A stretch of DNA of 48,790 bases from assembly GCA_022616665.1 (NCBI GenBank), contig JAKEFJ010000048.1:1-48790 (forward strand). Reading direction: 5' to 3'. Positions within the stretch are counted from its first letter, which is position 1. The number at the start of each line of letters is the position of its first letter. The position numbers and the translations under genes were made by a program. Below, piece after piece: positions 17,875 through 26,033 of this stretch. This stretch comes from Acidobacteriota bacterium. GTDB lineage: Bacteria > Acidobacteriota > Polarisedimenticolia > Gp22-AA2 > AA152. A model generated the notes under the pieces. It did not search any database, was not told the origin of the DNA, and worked only from the letters and a program-made list of their open reading frames with translations.

Positions 17875-18792
17875 TTATCGAAAGGTATCAAAATACAGAA
17901 TGCCGGCGACCACTAACGCCCAGAGGGCGACGCAAGCAAGGAGCGGTCGATCGGTGAGGAGAGAGGAGGCTGGATTTCCTCCCTGACCCCGCTGGTGGAC
18001 CAGGTAGAGGTAGCGGAAAATTCCGTAGAGGACGAAGGGGATGGTGACAAACAAGTGATGCGTGCCCAGCTTCTGCTCCACCTCAGGAGAGATGGTGTAG
18101 AAGGAATAGCAAACTACCGTGGAGGCGGTGGTGATGGAGATCATCTGGTCCAGGAACAGCACCGAGTATTCTCTCAGGGCCGGCCGATGGTCCCGGGCCC
18201 CATCCGCGAGCAGCTCCAGCTCCCGGCGGCGTTTGCAGAACGCCAGAAAGAGCGACAGCATGATGGTGCAGAGAATGAGCCAGGGAGAGATTTCGACCTG
18301 GATGGCCAGAGCCCCAGCCAGGGCCCTCAGGACGAACCCGAAAGCGATGATCATCACATCCAGAATGACCATTTCCTTCAGCCAGAACGAGTATCCCAGG
18401 TTGAGCAGGACGTAGGCCAGTCCCGCGGCCCCGAAGTAGGGCGTTAGCGCGAAACCTGCGGTCAACGACCCCAGCAGGAGAAAAACCAGGATGACCACTG
18501 CCGTGCCCACTTTCAGCCGCCCGGAAGCGATGGGTCGCCTCGACTTGACCGGGTGCTTGCGATCCTTCTCGAAATCCAGGACGTCATTGAGCAGATAAAC
18601 GCCCGAGGACAGGGCGCAGAAAATGAGGAAGGCAAGGAGGGCCTCTAAGACTCTCGTCGAGTCGCCCAGACCCTTGGCGAACAGGAGGGGCGCCAGCAAC
18701 AGGAGGTTCTTGATCCACTGCTGCGGACGCATGGATTCCAACAAGTCAAGAAGGATACCCTTGGGACGATTCTGCTCGGCAGGCTCCGGCAT
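17875..18792 (-). CDS. UbiA-family prenyltransferase, decaprenyl-phosphate phosphoribosyltransferase-like
   Basis: RPQQWIKNLL, YLLNDVLDFEKDRKHPVKSRRPIASG, KRRREL and YGIFRY. Start ATG 18792 with SD GGAG. Confidence 0.88.
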   Translation of the reverse strand: MPEPAEQNRPKGILLDLLESMRPQQWIKNLLLLAPLLFAKGLGDSTRVLEALLAFLIFCALSSGVYLLNDVLDFEKDRKHPVKSRRPIASGRLKVGTAVVILVFLLLGSLTAGFALTPYFGAAGLAYVLLNLGYSFWLKEMVILDVMIIAFGFVLRALAGALAIQVEISPWLILCTIMLSLFLAFCKRRRELELLADGARDHRPALREYSVLFLDQMISITTASTVVCYSFYTISPEVEQKLGTHHLFVTIPFVLYGIFRYLYLVHQRGQGGNPASSLLTDRPLLACVALWALVVAGILYFDTFR

Positions 18793-18876
18793 TTCACTCC
18801 AGAGTGAGTAGGATAGGCATCCGGCCGCGCAGATATTAGCACCCGATGAGAAGACCTGCAAAGGCGAGAAACGCCG

Positions 18877-19656
18877 ATGACGCCCCGTGACAGCTCCCCC
18901 AAGCGCGAGCCCGCTCCCTCGCCTCTGCGCACTTGCGTCATCATCCCGGCTTTCAACGAAGAGCGATCGATCCCGCTGGTTCTGGGCGGCATTCCGGTGA
19001 ATCTGGTGCAAGAGATCGTCGTCGTTGACAATGGCTCGACCGATGCCACGGCCCGGGTCGCCGCCGAGATGGGGGCCACCGTGATCACCCAGACTCGACG
19101 CGGTTACGGGTCGGCATGCCTAGCGGGACTGGAATACCTCCGAATTCCGTCGCCGGACATCGTGGTCTTCCTGGACGGTGATTTCAGCGACCATCCCAAC
19201 GAAATGCCCCAGCTCCTCGCTCCCATCCAGGAGGACGGCTTCGACCTGGTGGTCGGCTCGCGTACCCTGGGCAAGGCGGAGGAAGGAGCCCTCCTGCCCC
19301 AGGCAAGGCTCGGCAATCGCCTGGCGGTGTTTCTCCTTCGGGCGCTCTATGGCGTGCGCTATACGGACCTCGGTCCATTTCGCGCAGTCCGTTACTCCCG
19401 GCTGATGGATCTGGGGATGAAGGATACGAACTTCGGCTGGACCGTGGAGATGCAGGCACGCGCAGCCCTGGCGGGATGGAGAACCATGGAGGTTCCGGTT
19501 AGCTATCGGCGACGGGTGGGGGTCTCGAAAATCACCGGCACTGTCTCCGGGACCATCCGGGCGGGGATTAAAATCCTCTCGACCCTGCTCATGCTGAAGC
19601 TTGCTGGAAGGACTCAAAAGGCGCGGGCCAGGACCGCTGAACTCCGCATACTCTGA
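18877..19656 (+). CDS. GT2 glycosyltransferase, polyprenol-phosphate sugar synthase (DPM1)-like
   Basis: IIPAFNEE, VDNGSTD, GYGSAC, FLDGDFSD, TDLGPFRA and EVPVSYRRR. Confidence 0.9.
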   Translation: MTPRDSSPKREPAPSPLRTCVIIPAFNEERSIPLVLGGIPVNLVQEIVVVDNGSTDATARVAAEMGATVITQTRRGYGSACLAGLEYLRIPSPDIVVFLDGDFSDHPNEMPQLLAPIQEDGFDLVVGSRTLGKAEEGALLPQARLGNRLAVFLLRALYGVRYTDLGPFRAVRYSRLMDLGMKDTNFGWTVEMQARAALAGWRTMEVPVSYRRRVGVSKITGTVSGTIRAGIKILSTLLMLKLAGRTQKARARTAELRIL

Positions 19657-19678
19657 GCTCCCGCGTCATCGATAAAGC

Positions 19679-20530
19679 TCAGATGTCCCGTTTCCGATGC
19701 CTCTCCGCGGGCTGAATCAATCCGACGGGGAGCGACGCGCTGCGCGGCGCAACCAGACCCCTGCGAAGCTGGATCATCTCTGCGGCAATGCTCACGGCGA
19801 TTTCCTCAGGAGTGCAGGCCCCGACGGGGATTCCGATGGGAGCTCGCAAGCCGCTCAGGCGTGATTCTGAGAATCCTTCCCTCCGGAGCCGTTCCACGAT
19901 CACCCGCACCTTCCGCCGGCTTCCGATCAAGCCGACGTACCCGGCGGAGGTTCCGAGCACTCGTCGAAGCGCCTCCAGATCCGTCCGGTGACACCGGGTC
20001 ACGATTGCCACGTAGGTGGAAGCATCCACCGGCGGCAGGTCTCCGGACATGCCAGAGCCCATCCGCAAGAGCTGCACTTGTCCCGGAAAGCGTCCCACCT
20101 CCAGGAATTCCGGTCGGTCGTCCAGCACGGTTGTGGCGAACCCCAGAGCCGGTGTCAAGGCGGCAAGAGCCGCCCCCACGTGACCTGCCCCGAAGATGAG
20201 GAGGCGCTCCGGTGGCAACTCCACCTGTAGGTGCACCCGAACCCGTCCCCCGCAGATCATTCCGGTGCATCCCGGTTCATCGCCCTCCTTCAGCAGGTAC
20301 TCCCTCACCATCGATCCCCCGGTGAGGATCAACCCTTTTGCATCCTCCACCACAAGCGCTTCCAAAGCACCGCCTCCAATGGAGTCGAGCAATTCGCCTC
20401 CTTCCAGGACAGCCATTCGGGCTCCTTCCTTCCGTGGAGTGGAGCCGGCGGAGTCGATAATGGTCGCGATAGCGAGGCGCTTGCCCTGTCGCAGGGCCTC
20501 GACGACTCTTTCATGAAAGGAGAGCGACAT
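19679..20530 (-). CDS. xdhC: XdhC/CoxI family molybdoenzyme accessory protein
   Basis: GSTPRKEGARM, SIGGGALE, GMICGG, IFGAGHV, YVGLIGSRRK and PEEIAVSIAAE. Confidence 0.9.
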   Translation of the reverse strand: MSLSFHERVVEALRQGKRLAIATIIDSAGSTPRKEGARMAVLEGGELLDSIGGGALEALVVEDAKGLILTGGSMVREYLLKEGDEPGCTGMICGGRVRVHLQVELPPERLLIFGAGHVGAALAALTPALGFATTVLDDRPEFLEVGRFPGQVQLLRMGSGMSGDLPPVDASTYVAIVTRCHRTDLEALRRVLGTSAGYVGLIGSRRKVRVIVERLRREGFSESRLSGLRAPIGIPVGACTPEEIAVSIAAEMIQLRRGLVAPRSASLPVGLIQPAERHRKRDI

Positions 20531-20538
20531 CGATTCCT

Positions 20539-21501
20539 CTACTGCTTCAGCGAGGACTTGTTATGCTCCCACCACCCGGCCCAGCGCGCCGCATCCTCGC
20601 CAAAATCCTGACCAGTCATCTCCTGGAGGGCCGTCGCCGCCTTCTCTTTCATCTCGGCTGAGGAATGCGGGTCCTTCAGAAAACCGAGAATCGGAGCGAA
20701 GGCGCTGAATCCGCCCGCATTGGAGAGGGCCCCGAGAGCCGCCAGACGGACCTTCATGGAGGGATCTTGGTGAATCGCCTGAAGCAGCGCCTCACTCGAT
20801 GCCGAATCATGAAATCCGCCGAGCGCCGAGGCGCTGTTGGCACGCACCTCCTCACGGCTGTCGGAGAGTCCTTCTAGAAGGCTCTGCGAGACGCCGGGCG
20901 CCTGCAGCAAGCTGAGGCCCTCCAACGCCGCCTTGACTACCTTCAAATCCGTGTCCCTCAGGGCCCTCTTCAAAGCGGGGACGGCAGCGGGATCGTGGAG
21001 TGCGCCCAGGGCAAACACCGTGGCGACGCGAGTATCCAGGTCAGGCTCTTTCCCGTAGCTTTTCGCAAGTATCTCCGCCGCTCCGGGATCTCCTCCTTTG
21101 GTCCACAGGATGTTAGCCACCATGATCCGGCTGTCGCTTGGAGTGGAGACCGGCACCAGCCGGATGGGGTTGTAGAACACGTTGAAGCGCCTGGAAAGCT
21201 CCAGTTCCTCCACGAGGGGTTTTTTGGCTTCGGGACTCTGAATGACCAGGAGGTGCAGGATGCATTGGACGCGGGTCTCCGCATTGCGGCTCTGCAGACC
21301 GCGGGCGAAGGGCTCTACCTCCCCTTTTTCCACGAGCTGACTCAGTCTCTGGCGCGCCTCGAGCCGCTCTTCGTAGTCGTCGGAGTTGGACTGGACAAAG
21401 AGCTTTTCTACGTCCACTTCCGGAGCGCACGAGGCAGAAAATGCAATGAGAAGGTACAGCAATGACAGCGCGGTCCTGCGGCGCCAGGAATGGATCGACA
21501 T
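20539..21501 (-). CDS. HEAT/PBS-lyase repeat protein, probable lipoprotein
   Basis: N-terminal RRR-hydrophobic-SASC (lipobox-like) and repeated VR..A..ALG units. Start ATG 21501 with SD GAGGA. Confidence 0.8.
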   Translation of the reverse strand: MSIHSWRRRTALSLLYLLIAFSASCAPEVDVEKLFVQSNSDDYEERLEARQRLSQLVEKGEVEPFARGLQSRNAETRVQCILHLLVIQSPEAKKPLVEELELSRRFNVFYNPIRLVPVSTPSDSRIMVANILWTKGGDPGAAEILAKSYGKEPDLDTRVATVFALGALHDPAAVPALKRALRDTDLKVVKAALEGLSLLQAPGVSQSLLEGLSDSREEVRANSASALGGFHDSASSEALLQAIHQDPSMKVRLAALGALSNAGGFSAFAPILGFLKDPHSSAEMKEKAATALQEMTGQDFGEDAARWAGWWEHNKSSLKQ

Positions 21502-21512
21502 CGTCTTTGTCC

Positions 21513-21857
21513 TCAGACCAGTGCCCTTCGCAGGGCAGAAATGTGCGCGGGTGTCGTACCACAACAGCCGCCGATGAGTCGGGCGCCTTCACGGACATAC
21601 CGCGGCGCATACCGGACCAGCACGGAGGGATCCTCCTGGTAGCGTCTTTTCCCTCCAAACCAGCGCGGCAGCCCTGCATTCGGCTCGGCCGCCAACGGAC
21701 CTCCTTTGCCGGATGCCATTGCCTTGAGCGCCTCAAGAACCGACTTGGCCCAGAAGTCCGGGCCGGGAGTTTTGTCGGCAAGGAGCAACGTCGCGAGACC
21801 GCCGTCCAGCACCAGAACCTTCCGGGAGAGGAGGTCCAGGAATTCCCGGCGGTTCAT
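21513..21857 (-). pseudogene. Internally deleted homocysteine S-methyltransferase (MetH N-terminal/YitJ-like) domain
   Basis: Only 114 aa but has both family ends, VLVLDGG and PNAGLP..IGGCCGTTPAHI; the central part including the GxNC Zn ligand is absent. Confidence 0.7.
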
Positions 21858-21863
21858 CGTCGA

Positions 21864-22367
21864 CTATTCCTCGTCTTCACTCGGCTGTGGCGCGGCGATT
21901 TCCTTCTGGTGCACCGTTTGGAGGGAGATAATCTCGAAACGCTTCACCCCGCTGGGAACCTGGATGGCGACCTCTTCTCCCTCGCGGCGTCCGGCGAGCC
22001 CTTTTCCGATGGGGGAGGTGATGGAGATGTAGCCGCGCGGCACATCAGCATCCTCGGAAAAGACCAACTCATAGCGGATCTCCTTTTCTTCTTTGAGATC
22101 GTAGAGCACGACGGTAGATCCGAGTCCGACCTTGTCCTTCGGAAGCGCCTCGACCTTGATCATGGAGATTTCTTGCAGGCGCTTCTTGATGTTGCCGATC
22201 TTCGCCTTGACGTAGCTTTGCCGCTCAAGCGCCGCGTGATACTCGGCGTTTTCGCGCAGGTCTCCCATGGCCAGGGCTTTCTTGATTTCCTTGGGGAGAT
22301 CATGCCGGTATTCCCGCTCGAGTTGGCGAAGTTCCTTCTCAAGCCTCTCAATGGCCTGTCTGAACAT
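21864..22367 (-). CDS. greA: Transcription elongation factor GreA
   Basis: GDLRENAEYHAA, VGLGSTV and ISITSPIGKGL. Start ATG 22367. Confidence 0.95.
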   Translation of the reverse strand: MFRQAIERLEKELRQLEREYRHDLPKEIKKALAMGDLRENAEYHAALERQSYVKAKIGNIKKRLQEISMIKVEALPKDKVGLGSTVVLYDLKEEKEIRYELVFSEDADVPRGYISITSPIGKGLAGRREGEEVAIQVPSGVKRFEIISLQTVHQKEIAAPQPSEDEE

Positions 22368-22398
22368 GGTGAATGCACCATCCTGGAAAGGAACTGGC

Positions 22399-22427
22399 AG
22401 TCTACGATGGGAATCAGCTGTTGTCAA
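22399..22427 (-). promoter_or_regulatory. Sigma70-like greA promoter TTGACA-N17-TAGACT
   Basis: Read directly, ~30 nt upstream of the greA ATG. Confidence 0.7.
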
Positions 22428-22497
22428 CGTCTTGTGAAGTCAAGACTTTACCGGCGCGCGGGACGATGCGGTTCAGCGAGATGAGATGAAGGGGGGT

Positions 22498-22517
22498 GGG
22501 GGACCTTTCGGTCCCCC
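22498..22517. terminator. GC-rich hairpin GGGGGACC-TTTC-GGTCCCCC (GAAA loop on the minus strand)
   Basis: Perfect 8-bp stem; no clean U-tract on either strand, so a terminator role is uncertain. Confidence 0.4.
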
Positions 22518-22544
22518 GTTCGGGTTGTTGTTTGGGAGGTTATG

Positions 22545-22654
22545 TGACTGTCTGAGTTGTATATATATATTTTCGATGCACAGGTAGGATAAGCATTCAA
22601 AAATATGTATATACTGAATCTGAAGAAAATGTAGTTACACAGCTCAGAATGTCA
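22545..22654. repeat. Nested AT-rich inverted repeats; candidate structured RNA or paired convergent promoters
   Basis: 22545-22574 vs 22625-22654 match at 23/30 as inverted repeats; 22559-22573 vs 22600-22614 pair at 14 WC + 1 G-U. Confidence 0.6.
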
Positions 22655-22655
22655 A
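22628..22655 (-). promoter_or_regulatory. Sigma70-like promoter TTGACA-N16-TACATT
   Basis: Read directly; points into the non-coding element and toward greA. Confidence 0.45.
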
Positions 22656-22704
22656 GGCTTCTGGGAAATAAATTTCTATCCCCATCGTTGGCACCCAGTA
22701 CTGT

Positions 22705-22734
22705 TTGACTCGCCTGGAACCGGCAGGGTAGTAT
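22705..22734 (+). promoter_or_regulatory. Possible ccm operon promoter TTGACT-N18-TAGTAT
   Basis: Read directly upstream of ccmE. Confidence 0.4.
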
Positions 22735-22760
22735 GAGCTCCCGGGGAAGTATTCAACTCG

Positions 22761-23189
22761 ATGATGGGTGGTATGTTAGCTCGGATCAGTCCCAAGATTG
22801 CGATCAGCATCGCCATTTTGCTGGCGGCATTCTCGATCCTCGTCGGCTTGAGCTTTCGCGGCAGCATGGTTTATTACCTGACGGTGAGTGAATTCCTCGC
22901 GCACCCCCCCTCCAGCTTGGATGACCACTTTCGAGTAAACGGCAAAGTCGTTCCAGGGAGCATCTCCAAGCAAAGCGGGGTGCTGGGAGCGGGATTCCAG
23001 ATGACGGACGGTCAAGGCGTTCTCAAGGTGGTGTTTCGCAAGGAGCTCCCGGACACCTTCGTGGATGAGGCGGAGGTGGTCGTGGAGGGAAGTATGAACA
23101 ATGGAGTGTTCGAAGCTCACACACTCCTGGCGAAGTGTCCATCCAAGTACGAAAGTCAGGAGAAGGCCAGCTATTCAGCCTCTCCCTAA
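22761..23189 (+). CDS. ccmE: Heme chaperone CcmE, CxxxY variant
   Basis: N-terminal TM, YYLTVSE, LPDTF and EAHTLLAKCPSKY. Start may be 22773. Confidence 0.93.
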   Translation: MMGGMLARISPKIAISIAILLAAFSILVGLSFRGSMVYYLTVSEFLAHPPSSLDDHFRVNGKVVPGSISKQSGVLGAGFQMTDGQGVLKVVFRKELPDTFVDEAEVVVEGSMNNGVFEAHTLLAKCPSKYESQEKASYSASP

Positions 23190-23253
23190 TTTTCTACAGT
23201 CTGGCGCCTCCCCCCAGGGCGGTAGAATTCCCCCGATCCTCTCGGAGTAGAGA

Positions 23254-25242
23254 ATGCCCCAGTTCGGCAGTCTCTGTCTCATCCTGGCGCTCATCGCCTC
23301 CGCCTGGTCCCTCGTCGCCTCAGCGCTGGGGGCGCTCACCCGATCACGCTCATTGATTACCAGCGGTGAAAGAAGCTCCCTCGCCGTCACCGCTGTGCTG
23401 GGCCTCGCTTCGTCGGCTCTCTGTGTCCTGTTCCTGAAGGATCGATTCGACGTGGAGTACGTGGCGTCCTATTCCAGCCGCGCGATGCCGGCGCTTTTCA
23501 AGGTAGCCGCCTTCTGGGGAGGACACGCCGGATCCCTGCTGCTCTGGGTCCTGGTCCTCTCGGTCTTCTCGGCCATCGTCATCGTTCAGAACCGGCACCA
23601 GAACCGCGGCCTGATCCCCTATGTCGTTGCCACGCTCTCGGGGATCACCGTCTTCTTCCTGGTTCTTTTGAACTTCACCAGCGATCCTTTCGACCTCCTG
23701 GGATTCACGCCGCCCGACGGGAAAGGGCTCAATCCCCAGCTCCAGACCCCGCTCATGGCCATCCACCCGCCGACCCTGTATCTGGGCTACGTAGGCGTCG
23801 CGGTGCCTTACGCATTCGCCATGGCCGCGCTTCTATCCGGCCGGGTGGGGGACGTGTGGATTCGCACCACCCGCCGCTGGACGCTGTTCGCCTGGCTCTT
23901 TCTGGGAGTGGGACTTCTCCTGGGAGGATATTGGGCCTACATCGAGCTGGGATGGGGAGGCTATTGGGCCTGGGATCCGGTGGAGAACGCGGCTTTGATG
24001 CCCTGGCTGACGGCCACGGCCTTTCTTCACTCTGTGATGATCCAGGAAAAAAAGAGAATGCTGAAGGTCTGGAACATGAGCCTTATCATTCTCACCTTCA
24101 CGCTCTCGATCTTCGGGACGTTTCTCACCCGCAGCGGCGTCATCTCGTCGGTCCACGCCTTCGCGAAATCGGGCGTGGGCACGGTGCTCGCCCTGTTTCT
24201 TGGGACGGTCATCACCTTCTCGGTCACGCTTCTCGTTTGGCGCCTCCCGCGCCTGCAGAGCGAGGGACGGCTGGATTCCTTCGTTTCCCGCGAGAGCAGC
24301 TTTCTGTTCAACAATCTGCTTCTGGTGGGAATCTGCTTCGCCGTGTTCTGGGGCACCATCTTCCCGGTGCTCTCGGAGGCGGTGCGGGGCGTGAAAATCA
24401 CCGTGGGCCCGCCCTTCTTCAACACGGTCAATTTCCCTCTGGCGATGGCGCTGCTGGCTCTCACGGGCATCTGTCCGTTGATCGCCTGGCGCCGCGCCTC
24501 GGCGAGCCACCTGATGCGCGTCTTCCTCTATCCTGCCTCCCTCGCCATGGCGGTATTCGCTTTGCTCCTGATTCTGGGGATTCGCGAGCTCTCACCGCTG
24601 GTGGCCTTCACCCTTTGCGCCTTCGTGCTGGGGACGATGTTTTACGAGTTTTACCGAGGATCTCGCGCGCGACAACGATCCACAGGAGAGTCGTTCCCCT
24701 CGGCCCTGGGGAAACTGATTGGCAAGAACCGGCGGCGCTACGGCGGTTTTACGGTGCATGTGGGCGTCGTGTTCATACTCATGGGGGTGGTGGGGTCTTC
24801 GTTTTTCCGGCAGGAAGCCACGTTCTCGCTTCGCCGGGGTGAGTCCTTCCAGGCCGGACGATACACAATCAGGTTCCAGGACACTTCCTCCTCCAGCGAC
24901 GCGCACATGGATCGGTTCGAGGCGATCCTCGCCCTGTCACGCGGCGGGCAGGAAGTGGGTCTGCTTCAGCCGGGGAGGAACTTCTACAAGAGCTTCAATC
25001 AGCCCTCCACCGAGGTGGACATCTATTCGACGCTGCGCGAGGATCTCTACTTCATCCTCATCGACTTCGATGCCCAGAGCGGGCTCGCCACCTTCAAGTA
25101 TTACCTGAATCCTCTGATCAATTGGATCTGGATCGGATGGATCGTGCTGTTCGCCGGCACCCACGTGGCGGTCTGGCCGGATTCCCGAGAGCGCGCTCTT
25201 CTTGCCCGGACCCGCCTCATCGAGGAGCGCACGTTTGCATAG
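23254..25242 (+). CDS. ccmF: Cytochrome c heme lyase CcmF
   Basis: WGGHAGSLLLW, IHPPTLYLGY, WGGYWAWDPVEN and TRSGVISSVHAF. Confidence 0.97.
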   Translation: MPQFGSLCLILALIASAWSLVASALGALTRSRSLITSGERSSLAVTAVLGLASSALCVLFLKDRFDVEYVASYSSRAMPALFKVAAFWGGHAGSLLLWVLVLSVFSAIVIVQNRHQNRGLIPYVVATLSGITVFFLVLLNFTSDPFDLLGFTPPDGKGLNPQLQTPLMAIHPPTLYLGYVGVAVPYAFAMAALLSGRVGDVWIRTTRRWTLFAWLFLGVGLLLGGYWAYIELGWGGYWAWDPVENAALMPWLTATAFLHSVMIQEKKRMLKVWNMSLIILTFTLSIFGTFLTRSGVISSVHAFAKSGVGTVLALFLGTVITFSVTLLVWRLPRLQSEGRLDSFVSRESSFLFNNLLLVGICFAVFWGTIFPVLSEAVRGVKITVGPPFFNTVNFPLAMALLALTGICPLIAWRRASASHLMRVFLYPASLAMAVFALLLILGIRELSPLVAFTLCAFVLGTMFYEFYRGSRARQRSTGESFPSALGKLIGKNRRRYGGFTVHVGVVFILMGVVGSSFFRQEATFSLRRGESFQAGRYTIRFQDTSSSSDAHMDRFEAILALSRGGQEVGLLQPGRNFYKSFNQPSTEVDIYSTLREDLYFILIDFDAQSGLATFKYYLNPLINWIWIGWIVLFAGTHVAVWPDSRERALLARTRLIEERTFA

Positions 25243-25714
25243 GTCAGCTTTCCGCCTGGGGCTTTGCATGGCGCTCCTCTTTTCCGCCTCGGCCGCGGCA
25301 TTCTCCACCCAGGAAGCCGTGGACACCGTCACTGCCAAGCTCATCTGCGATTGCGGCTGCAACAATCTCACGATCAAGGACTGTACCTGCGGCAAGGCTG
25401 ACCGCGTGCGAGCAGAGGTCAAGGGACGCCTGGATTCCGGCCAGACACCTGAGCAGATCGTGCGTGCCTATGTGGAGGAGTATGGAGAGCAGATCCTGGC
25501 GGCCCCCACGACACAAGGCTTCAATCTCGTGGGTTGGATCGCTCCGTTCGCCGTCCTGCTCCTCGCCGGCTCTTTTCTCGTGCTGGCTTTGCGGCGTTGG
25601 GCCAGGGTCCCATGGCACGAGCCTCCCCTCGCTCCGATGGGCCCCGGCGCGCGGGCGCCCGACCCCTCGTTTCTGAAGCGGGTCGAAGACGAAGTTGAGG
25701 ACGTGGAGCGCTGA
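25235..25714 (+). CDS. ccmH: CcmH-like protein with extra cysteines
   Basis: Signal peptide, LICDCGC..CTC, YVEEYGEQILAAP and a C-terminal TM. TTG 25235 with SD GAGGAG. Confidence 0.8.
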   Translation: MHRSAFRLGLCMALLFSASAAAFSTQEAVDTVTAKLICDCGCNNLTIKDCTCGKADRVRAEVKGRLDSGQTPEQIVRAYVEEYGEQILAAPTTQGFNLVGWIAPFAVLLLAGSFLVLALRRWARVPWHEPPLAPMGPGARAPDPSFLKRVEDEVEDVER

Positions 25715-25715
25715 G

Positions 25716-26033
25716 ATGGCGGTGGTCGCGTTTCTGGCGTTGGCCCTAGGTCTGGGATTCTGGATTCTTCGACCTCTCATGGGCCGCGAGGAGTTCAAAA
25801 CCGCCGACTACGAGCCCGCCTCCGAGTTGAAGGATCTTCTGGTTTTGCGGGACGTCGCCTACGACACGCTGAGGGATGTGGAGTTTGATTTTCGCATGGG
25901 GAAAATGTCCGAGAAGGATTACCACGAATTGAAGGCGCGATATCAGGGGGAGGCGGCGGAAATCTTGCGGCAGGTGGAGGAACTGGAAGGGCGGCTCGAG
26001 ACGGAGACCCGAAAGCGTGTCGGCACCCCCTGA
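25716..26033 (+). CDS. Short CcmI-like membrane protein (N-terminal region only, no TPR)
   Basis: TM followed by LRDVEFDFRMGKMSEKDYHELKARY, typical of the CcmI N-terminal loop. Confidence 0.6.
   Translation: MAVVAFLALALGLGFWILRPLMGREEFKTADYEPASELKDLLVLRDVAYDTLRDVEFDFRMGKMSEKDYHELKARYQGEAAEILRQVEELEGRLETETRKRVGTP

Noticed and set aside
22534-22554. SD followed by ATG-TGA or GTG-ACT-GTC-TGA minigene on the plus strand
   Set aside because: SD spacing is only 2-4 nt and the product 1-3 aa; it cannot be supported as a CDS.
22556-22690. SOS box, dif site or oriC in the AT-rich stretch
   Set aside because: TGTATATATATAT lacks the CTG..CAG ends, there is no XerC/XerD arm match, and no good DnaA-box cluster or dnaA context.
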